A stretch of 53,977 nucleotides of DNA, the filler included, from Dimargaris cristalligena (taxonomy: Eukaryota): the NCBI GenBank assembly GCA_003614675.1. It is 2 parts of 2 records of this genome, joined end to end, with 100 filler letters (N's around TTAATTAATTAA, not from the genome) between each part and the next. Parts side by side here need not be neighbours in the genome. Positions count along the whole stretch, not along the records: positions 27,041 to 53,977 come from ML002531.1; 1 more part is not named here. One strand, written 5' to 3'. Under the pieces are notes generated by a model. It had not been told where the DNA came from. It did not search any database and saw only the letters and a list, made by a program, of their open reading frames with translations. Each line of letters opens with the position of its first letter. Within the stretch, counting starts at the first letter, position 1. The position numbers and the translations under genes are program-made. Positions 44,339-53,977 of the stretch are shown here, piece after piece.

Positions 44339-46220
44339 ATGCCGAACCATCGAGTTAGCCGCAATTTGGGCTGGGCCATACTTATGGGTCTAATCCTCGG
44401 ATTGTCCATTCAAAAAGCCACCGCGGCCCCTGGCCTATCCATGAGTTCCCTCAATCATGACGACTTTGATATGGAATATGACCTCCCGGTGGAAGAATTT
44501 GGATATTGGGACAATTTACCCAGAGAGCTGGAGCAGAATATCATCAAATTGTCCTCGCCATTCCAGCGCTACCAATTGTCTGGAACGTCTCAAGAATTCC
44601 AGGCTCGTGTTTTAAATGCAGAGTATGAGTTGTTAAACGTAAGTATATTTCGTGTTAATACTATTCAGTGGGAATAGGGAGTCACACCAGTCTCTCAAGT
44701 TTAGTTAGTCATATTGGTGAGGTACCCTATGTGTGTGTGGTTAAGGTAAATGCTAGCTCCACCAGTGTGCAACATATTTACCGCATGGCCCCCGCCTGAC
44801 TGATGATGGCCCAGCCAAGCTACCGGAATCCCCCCCTGCCACACCCTCCTTTTGTCTTCGTTTACCGGGACTCCCTATGCATTGCGTGTGTAGAAGGCCC
44901 TCGGACAGTTGTCCCACTCATTTTCTGATATGCATGTTTAAAATACTCCTAAACTACCTCTACCCATATCTCTCCTCCATTAAACTATGTAGCTTTGGAA
45001 CTGTGTAGGAAAATAGGAAAGCCCTATTGACGGATTCCGACCCACGCAAGGATGGTGGGTTGTCCCAACTGGAAGCGCATACTGCGTTTCAATCCTGGGC
45101 TCAACTGGTCAGCCAACCGCTAGCGGCTTTTCTGTTTCTCGTGGCCGCCGAAAGTCTGATAGAGGGGACTGAACAAATGGAGAGGTCGGCTAAGAAAAGC
45201 CACCACTATATAACGCGGCTTGTGATATTCAACTACTGGCAGTACATAAATCCCCAACAACTACCCGCATCCGTTCGGGCGGCCCGTTACCCCCTATTGG
45301 CCCAAGTGGACATCCAGAACAATGGAACGGAACTCATGGAGCTGTTAAATGCTTTGACCGATCCAGCGCGGGTCAGCCAGACTGATAGTGGAGGCTGGAC
45401 TTCGGCCCAGCGGGAGCAGATCCAGGAAATCCTATCATTTATCGAAGTAGACAGTAGCACACCCTTGTTTTCGGACACTTTAGTGAATACCTCCGATTGG
45501 ATTTTTACACTGTTCGGCGATTTAATACAATTGATCATGATTCGATTGTCCACTACTAACCGAGTGGAAGACTTTCGGAACTTTATGGTCGGTTTACAGT
45601 CCTGGAGCCAGTACGTGGGGTTAAACGACGACGCAGGTAATGAAGTTTACCGCCATCTTAACCAATTCGCCATCATTCTGTCCGCCGTCGCCCAGGAACC
45701 CCAACAACTTGCTGACCGTACGAAAGTACTCATTGACCTAACTGACCCGGAAACTAACACGGAGAATATTCATGCGGCCCAATGTAATCTGGTGCGCTTC
45801 ATGGAAAAGGTCAAGCTGCCCAAAGGTGCGGCGTTTTTGGCCATGCAATGGGAATGTCCCCCCCCAGTCGAGCGAAGATGGGGATATACCACCGGACTAA
45901 ACGGACGAAGTCGATATCGGGATTTTGTTAATATGGACGATTATAAGAGTCTCATCCCTAATTGGGCACTACTGACTGACGATAATCAAGTAGACCTGTT
46001 GACCCTCATGTCCGGATTTGAACCCGAAGAGCGCGCTCTAGTGTTCGATATGAGTTCCCAGATGGGTCACAAATTGAATTTGGACTCGTTTGTCGAGGAT
46101 TTCGAGGGCGAAGATACGCAGAAACTTAGACAGGCGCTTGACAACAATAATGAAAATTCCGTGTGCATTTATGATCAGCTGAATCCCAGCTCCCCAAAAT
46201 GGTGGTCCCGCTTTTTTTAA
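44339..46220 (+). CDS. Predicted secreted protein with N-terminal F-box-like motif; exons 44339-44638 and 45009-46220 (~503 aa)
   Basis: Signal peptide (MPNHRVSRNLGWAILMGLILGLSIQKATA|AP), then WDNLPRELEQNIIKLSSPFQRYQLSGTSQEFQARV. GTAAGT donor at 44639 and TAG acceptor at 45008 join the two ORFs in phase 0. TATATATA at ~44217. Confidence 0.75.
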
Positions 46221-47525
46221 TAGGAATAGCTTGGTATGGGGCCATATTACAGCCACTCCTCCGACTTTCGTATCTCGGCAATTAACTCAATGCATCTTTC
46301 CGGACTTTCCTAGAACACTTCCATCAGAACGACCTCACCGTATCATCCAAGCATCTAAATGCCCTACCCTGGTTCTGACCTATTAGTTATGCAGTTTATA
46401 TCCCATTCAGTTTTCCTAACAAACCCCTTATACACTCATCCCTTTGATAGTAAATGCTCATTAGTACTATTTATTGCTACCCTTGTAGTGTTATTTCCCC
46501 CGTACCTGTTGTGCAAATGAGTAGTGGTTGGAAGTATTACTGGTTCTAGACCCGATAGAAGCCAACTCACATCAATTCTTGGTGAATTAAGAGTGGTTAA
46601 TCCATGCAATACTCGATTATATAATTATTCATTTGGTTCATACAGTATATTCAAGGCTATGTTCATAAAATGTGGCAATGGCTCAGTATTCTGTATATAA
46701 ATTTTATGGGAGAAGTAAATGAGAAGGAGTCTATGTGGTGCCAGACGGCCCCAGTTAGATAATGGTATTGATTTTCAGAAATAATAGTCTATCCTACTAG
46801 GAAGATGGGCTTGGAAGCGCCCATGTTTCTCTTCGACAGGTTGTAAGAGTCGTTAACAAAAGCTCCTCGGGTCAGTAACATAACTGGCCCGCACGGTAAT
46901 TAGCGGTCAATCACAATTTTCAAGTACCGTTCAACACCAATTACAATTAACAACTCGGTCAATTAGTACCACATGGTTCCTTATACAATTTCTATACATA
47001 ACGGTATTAGCGCCCAGGTCTCGAGGATCTCTGACCGGTTAAGCAACAATCCACGGGGCTTGGTTTTCTAAGCCCTAATGCCTACTACCCTTTGGCCTGA
47101 CTAATTCGAGATATCTTGATTTTAAAATGCTCTTCAGTTAATGCATCATCACCTTTTATACTATCTACCAATATATTTGACCCCACTCATTTGTTTTTAG
47201 CTATTTTCCTTCTTCAATGATCACCCTTGGAAAGATTCCGTATTTTAATAAAAACTAAAAATCTTCATAAATTCAATAATGATATTTACTGTTAATACGA
47301 CTGGACTACCCTCACAAATGTAAGGTAATCGGCCCAATTACCCTACATCCCCCCTAATCCCGTCACCATATATGACCAGTAAACTGAAATGCCAAATAGA
47401 ATCGGTGGCGAAACGAAATGGGTGATTTGGATCCGACTTTGATGACCGAAACAGGAACCGCGGCGATTAATGGTACAGATAAAAAAAAGTAAATGGTGGG
47501 CGATTACAGGGACCAAAGAACAGCA

Positions 47526-50500
47526 CTACCCCGATCCGCTCGATGGCGCATTTGTATCTGTTCCCTTAATAAGAGACCGACGCAAGTGCCACAGCCCACT
47601 AAGTGCCGGATAATCGCGCGGTAGATTGAGTAGAAACTGGTCAAAGTAATCGGCCCACTGATGGACCAGACGAGTTCCGGTTGGAGTGGAGGTGGGTTGG
47701 TCATTGTCTGACCTACTCCCTTTAAAGATATGATTGTCAAAAATCGATCCATAAAGTAGATGGGCCAGTGCAATACACTCCTCCGGGTCCTGGTATTGAA
47801 TATAGCAAACCAAAGCATCGCTCGCGTAGGCCAACCGGAACTCTAGTGCTCGAACCGCCTCCTCTTCCTCCTCGTCTTCTTCCACTTCGGACTTGGGTTC
47901 GATTTGGGGGCTGCTTCTGGTCGGCGAGGGAAGGGGACTGCGGAGTATCATAAGGGCCGATGGACCAATTCGGTAGAAATCGTAAATCAATTCTGAAATA
48001 TGGTTCTGGAGGCCTCCAAAGCCATGCGACTGGGGGTTTCCAGGGCCCAGTTCTGCATAGTCGTCTAAATCCACCATTAACTTTAGGGGAATCCAATACC
48101 GCTCCGTAAGGTGATCGAGGTTATAAATAGCCACATATTCCTGAATGTACCGGAGCTTGTCAATGGTCTCCTTCATCCTGCCGACAGTTTGAGCGTCTAT
48201 CGCTATGGTGATGGTGGTGCGTTGGTGTGGCACAAGGGTGACGAGTTGGGTCTCAACCGTGAATAAACGGGACTTGTTGACGAACCGCAGACGAACGGGA
48301 CGGGGTGATGGATTAGTAAGAACCAGGGACTGGTTAAGTGAATGGAATCGATTCGCCGGTGGGTGTTCGCCAAGGTCAGCCAATGCTGGACGACTCAGAT
48401 GAAACGGCACATATCGGGGAATACCACTCACTGTTGGATGGAAACAGGGGGCGTGGGCAGTGAACTGCAGCTGGAAGTCCTTGACCATCCGTGAATTAAT
48501 TCGAACAGTAAATTGCTTTTGAACAGCACCCGTATGCGAAGAATCCGGGCCTGCCAGCGGTCGGTAGAGTAGGTATACGCGGACTTTACTCTTTGGCTCA
48601 ACCGGCAGCACTTTGAAAAATTTCAGATGGTTCCGCGACAAGGAAAAGAAAACCTCGCTTGGGTCATCAGTGTCGAAATAAGAGCGAACCTTGAAGGTGG
48701 CTGGGGTGTTGCCCAAGTTCTCCAACATTAGGGACCGCTGCGCATAGAGTTGGCCAAGTGTGAGAGGCTGGTAGCGAATAGTGGAGTCCCCTTTGCCGTT
48801 TTCGACTACCCAGGCTCGGAACCCACAATGGTGCGGGTTGGTGGCGGTGCCAATTACCTCGCTGGGGATATTTTGTAGTACCTCAATCCGAACCCGGACT
48901 GACCCCAGGATTTGTCCGTGATCACAGTCCTCCAAAAGGAGATAAGCAGTGTGGACGCCACAGGTGCCGGGGATTGCCGTAACCGTCACAGTCTGCTTCC
49001 CATGGTCCGTCGTCCCCGCTGGAATAAGAGCGCCCGTACTAGGGGATACGGCTAACCAAGGGCGGTTGGTGGAGGTGGCCAGGGGGAATCGGATTACATA
49101 GTTAACCGCCCGCCCGCTACATTGGCTCTGGAGTATCAGTTTGCGGGTAACCGGTTCGCTGGATACGACATGCCGACCTAAGTCAAGATCATACATAAGT
49201 GACTGGTGGTGGGGGTCGGCATTAGGGGCCAGTTTGCAGCCCTTGATGACAATGGGGTGGCGCTCAAACGAATCGGGCGTGTTCCGTTTATCGGAGGCTC
49301 CCACTGAAGCTGGCGGATGTAAAGTGGCTGTCAAATCGACTGATTCAGTGAGGTCAGCGGCCGGAGTGCGATTGTTTATCCACTGGTCCCACTGATCGTC
49401 GGATGGCGGATATGCCGCTAATGAACGGGATCCCACCGGCACCGGCGCAGGGGGAAAATCGGAGTGGGTGTACGCCACGTTCCAGTCCTCCTCGTCCGTG
49501 TTGGCATGGCTCGGCCCCCGGGTCTGGTTTTGGCTGACTGAATGGGATTGACGTCCGGATGGCTCCTGACCCGATCCCGGATCGTCCAGAACTCGGGCGG
49601 TGCGGCGAGGCTTAATTGCCACCACCACTGTTTGGCGAATCCGAGATAGAGAGTCGACATCTTCCACGTGGATTTTGACCTCAGCTGGGTAACCTGCAGG
49701 GGAGGGTGCTAGCCGAATTGCCTGTCGGAGAGTACCCAAAGGTGGGATGGCGTTCCGGGCCTCGGGTTTAAAATCAATAAACTGGAGTGGGCGGGCATTG
49801 AGAAACTCCTGGGGTCGTTCCACGTAAATTTTGAACCGCAGGGAGTGGAACTCGGATAGATTAGAAATGATCAGTTCCTGGGTGGCTGCATCCGACACAT
49901 CGGGATTCTGGGTATCCGGGAGGTAATCAAAGGTCAGCTGATGCGGGGTAAGTCGGAATATGGGCTTCTCTGTAATAACAACCCGAATAGGAATCTCGTG
50001 GGCCGGCGGTAAATCGATTCCTTCGGTAGGACTATGGGGCTGGGTAGTCATTGACTTCCCGACGCCCATTGGAACAGAGTAACGGTGGTCATGGATGACT
50101 AAAGGACGAGGTTTGCTCATTCCCTCAGCTCTGGGTGATGCCGACAGTTGGGTGTCCGGTTCATTATCCGAGTCACTGTTGACATCGGGCAGTTCTTGGC
50201 GGCTCCGAATCCAAATATGGCCCAGTCCAACCCCAGGGGGACCCAACACCAGGGGGGGAAGGGCATTAATGCCCCGGTCAGATGGCTCCCCGGGCGCTAG
50301 CCGCTGGCCCGGTCGGGAACGCACCCGTACTCGAATTTCCACCCGGCCATGTGGGCGGAGAAACACTACATCGTTTAACGGTGAGTTACTGAATCGCGAG
50401 AGTAGCTCCACGCCGATATAGCCTGCAAGCGGCGGAGACAGCGTAAAGCCAATGTCACAATTCAAGTCTTGAGCTGTCATGTTCTTGAAGGCGAACCACG

Positions 50501-53500
50501 TATCGCTAGCGCGTCCATTGGGAAGATAAGGGTGCTCCACATTAGTTAGCACAATTTGCTGATCGGGTAAATGATCGAATTCAATACCGAAGGAGGTGAC
50601 GTCGGCCTGAATCAGCACCTGGTGGGTATCTACCGGATTAATCAAATTAAGGAACCGGAGATGCCACTCGCGGGGTCCAGCACTGGAATCAGGGAGAGAC
50701 CGAGGGTCAACAGTTACGGTGAGAACATGTGAACAGGACGATTGGTCGCAACCGGGGAGGGTAGCTTGGAAGGAATCGGTTCCGGTTAAAGTCACGACAC
50801 CCGGCTCGGAGTCGGGCTGGTTCACCATTAGCCCGGGGGGGCATGCCACCCGGTAAGGGAGAGGAGCTTCGGCTTGATTAGTAATGGTAAAGCAGAACGT
50901 GACCGGTCGCCAATTGTTATTGTATCCAATGCGGCCCAGAGATACCCGCTGGGGCTTCAAGGACGCAGTAGAAAGACCGTAATGTACGCGAATGGGCACA
51001 ACCCCAAGTGTGAAACTGGCCCGAGGATTATATAAGACTAGCTGATACGTCGCCGAAAGGAGTCGCCCGGCCTCCAGTCGGTTGAACTCGGCGCGACCGA
51101 CGGGAGGGGTTGGGGGTAACTGAGTAAACAGGTAAACGGTATCGTTGGGGAGCAAATCGATGGTTGACCCACATGGGGTCCAATCTGGTAAGGGGTAGTC
51201 TATAGCAGGGCCGCTCCGACCGGGTTGTAGAGCCAGTGGGGATAATTGCACCACGGGTGACTCGGGGAGACTAGAGATAATTCCCTGGGAAGGAAAGGGG
51301 CGAGACCAAGTCACTTGGAGGGCAGCATTGGCCAGGGGGTAGAGACTCAGTATATTCGAACTGATATTCTGAACAGCCAGGGTGCGCCAAGTGTGGGGTC
51401 CTCGATCCCCGCGTAATTCGGGTGCAGGGGGGATTGGAGTGAGGGAATAGGCAGAGGTAGAGCCGGGACGGTCTTGTTCAGCCACTTGTACTGCCATAGG
51501 CTCCCATTCGAGTGCCTTAAGGGGACCTGTGGTGCCAAGGGTCGGGCCCATGCCATTGGGATTGCTCACTGTTCGGAGCATCCCACAGTCTACAAAATAC
51601 ATGACATCCACTGAGAGCACCTGGCGGGAGTTAAACCGATTGCTGATGGTGATCCGAGAGGCGAAGAACCCAAATTCCTTGCACGATACTCGAAATGGCA
51701 CAATCGCCGTCTCGTTACTGCTCGATTCCGTGACCCTGGGTACAGTAGAATTCGGTTCGCTCAACTGGGCGCCTTGGGGCGGGGCTCTCCGGGTATTTGT
51801 GGCCCCCTTCAGATGCCCCTGGTGCACGTCAAAGGCGATGTCGAGGCTGGGACATTCCAGTCGATAGGCCGCCGGAAGCTGTTCCGTTCGGTTGGTAACC
51901 CGGAGCTGGCCGTAGAGAGTGGTTCCGACACGAGCAACGGTCCCGAAGTCCATTGTAGCCGGATGAACCGCCAGGAATGATTCACCTAGATGAGCCTTCA
52001 GTTTCATAGTACGAACGAACAGCTTGCACTCCGGGGCGGGCGGTGGGGCTAGTTCCTGGGTCAAGTTACTATCATCTATCGGAATCCGGGTCGGCGGGAC
52101 TATGGACACTTGGAACTTCAGACCCCCGACTAAGGCCCGGCACTTGACGAGGTCGACGGCTAGATCCGGCCCAGTCACCGTCACTGAAGTATCCCAACGT
52201 TTACGAAGACTATCCTGTTCCGGGTCTAAAGCCGAGAGTCGGACCCGGTGGTGAGTGCGCATCCCTTCGGTGATAAGAACCGCCACCCATATCACCCCCG
52301 AACTATGAGGCGAAAGAGTCAGACGCTCTAGAGGGGGTGAATCGTCGTGCTTGTCCTGGAGGATCGCCACTTGGTGGGTCAGGTTACTAGAACAGTCAAT
52401 ATTAACCTCGAAGGGCAGGTCATTGCGAATAGTAAGAGGTGAGATTTTGGAGCAACGGCGACTAATGTCAATATAGCATTGTCAAGATCAAGTATAGAAG
52501 GCGAGGTAAGCGAGCGGTTCCCAAGCGCCGATCGGTGAGAGGAATCAACGGCCGACTCGATGGAGTCATCCAAGGGGGCAGAGTGGGAGGGGAATGATAT
52601 AGCGGTCTGGGTGAAGGCGTACACGGTGTAGGTCAGAACTGTTATGCGCTCGTTATGAAGATTGCGGACTGCCAGGGACAGCGGATAAACCCCCGGGGAT
52701 AGTGGCTTGACGACTAGGGCTGTAGAGATTGAGTCTGCAGGCCGCACAGTACCCAGGTGATCCCCCATTTCCACCTGGATATTGGCATTGTCGACTGGGA
52801 ACAAGAAGCAGTGGTATTGGACGGGTAGCTGGGCCGATGTGGGTAGCTCCGGCAGCGCCTTGTAGTGGGCGGTAAACTTCAGGCTGGCGGGCTTACCCAA
52901 CTCACATACCACGACAGCAGTCTCGGTGTTAGATATGGTCAGGTAATTAAGTGTGGCAAGAGAGGGGGTGGTAATCCCTTCATTTGGCGATGGGGGCTCG
53001 TAGGAGACGGGTGGGCTGTTCAGGGGAGGAACGGGTTCGGTAGCCAAAGTAAACCGCGGGCATGTAGCTGGGATCCGGCGAGGGGAGAAGCCGGCCCGTG
53101 GTCCCAGCGGAGAGCGAGGAAAAACACGGGGCAGTATTCCAGTTGGTAGTGCTAGAGGAGACATAACCTCGGCGGTAGGCAAAAGAGCGATGAACTGGCG
53201 GTGGGTGAAACATAATGCAGCGGTGAACCCCACGCGCTGGCGCTGGTCGGTGTTCTTGTGCTCGTGAACCAGAATTTGGCCGGTAACCGGAAAGGTGATA
53301 GGGGCGGGGGCAGGCGGTTTGACCTCGGGCACAACTGCCACCGCGAATTCCACCGTTGCTACAACCCAGGGCTGCAGCACTAGCTTGCATTGGTTGGGGA
53401 AGCGGTGGGCATTGGCTTCTAAAGTGAAGGTAGACTGGCTCTCGGAAGTTTGGAAATCGGGGGTGGTTTCAGAGGACTGGGCACAGTGGTTTAGCAGGGC

Positions 53501-53977
53501 CTCTAACTCGGCGTGACTAACGGCGGGCTGAATAGCTGATCCACTGGTCGCGTCAGAATCGGCCAGCGTAGTCAATCGGAGCCGGAGGCTATCGAGCTGC
53601 TCCTCCAGTTTCTTTACCTTGTCCAGTCGCTCTTTTCGTTTCGCAATCTTGAGTTTTTGCTCCAGCTGTTCAACACGCTCCTCCACTTCCTTTACGGTAA
53701 GTGATTCGGCTTCAGTATCTTCACCAGACTTATTTTTCTTACCCTGGGCCAATCCAGGATTAGTCCTGCCCTTCGTTTGGGTTTTGAGTACGTGGTAGAT
53801 AAGGGTGAATTTGACCCCAGCGGGCTTGTTTGCCGCGGTGGGTTCCGGGTCCAGTTTGATGATGAAAGACCGCGCTTTGGAGGTGGTGTTGCTGAGGGTG
53901 AATTGCCCGACTTTGGGACAAGCCTGTCCCAATAAGCAAGGGCCTAGGGCGATGACATCGGCTCCGCCAGACATATA
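47526..53977 (-). CDS. Very large (>2100 aa) uncharacterised protein with repeated Ig-like/ASH-MSP-type beta-sandwich modules; probably 5'-partial, 1-bp frameshift near 52482
   Basis: Recurrent [hydrophobic]-[DS]-[LF]-G...[IL]-x-N motifs (IALGPC...FTLSN, MDFGTV...LRVTN, VSLGRI...FTITN, LDLGRH...LILQS). The two ORFs (53974-52379 and 52370-47526) join when one G is restored at ~52482, giving LDLGQCYID. The frame is open to the window edge. Confidence 0.75.

Noticed and set aside
2576..53516. Many short ORFs overlapping or antisense to the real genes (e.g. 14785-15402, 29107-29694, 6515-6973)
   Set aside because: Shadow ORFs expected from GC3-rich codon usage; no motifs recognised.
1..53977. 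CRISPR arrays, rRNA, tRNA or prokaryotic defence systems
   Set aside because: None seen by eye; the sequence is eukaryotic with spliceosomal introns. Small ncRNAs in intergenic DNA cannot be excluded without covariance-model searches.

Overview
Eukaryotic (fungal) genomic DNA with GT-AG introns and GC-rich coding regions. Gene content suggests an early-diverging, possibly mycoparasitic fungus such as a Zoopagomycota/Dimargaris-like species; that is inference, not verified. The window is two ~26.9-kb pieces joined at 26941-27040 by an N-spacer containing the all-frame-stop linker TTAATTAATTAA, so the halves may not be adjacent in the genome. Left half: a CpG-depleted region with a mutated five-finger C2H2 pseudogene, POB3/SSRP1, a secreted GH18 chitinase, UFD2, a concentrative nucleoside transporter, PAM16, NDUFAF6, and an intact Ty3/gypsy chromovirus whose ~110-bp 3' LTR lies 108 bp upstream of the NDUFAF6 ATG. 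Right half: BNA6/QPRT, a secreted S8 subtilisin, a five-exon coiled-coil gene largely invisible in the ORF track, an M28 PA-domain aminopeptidase, a two-exon protein with signal peptide plus F-box-like motif, and a giant multi-Ig/ASH-like protein with a 1-bp frameshift that runs off the window end. Best leads: the secreted F-box-like candidate effector, the RIP-like/CpG hypermutation of the zinc-finger locus, and a complete -1 frameshift cassette in the retrotransposon. Splice models and motifs were derived by eye; no database searches were run.
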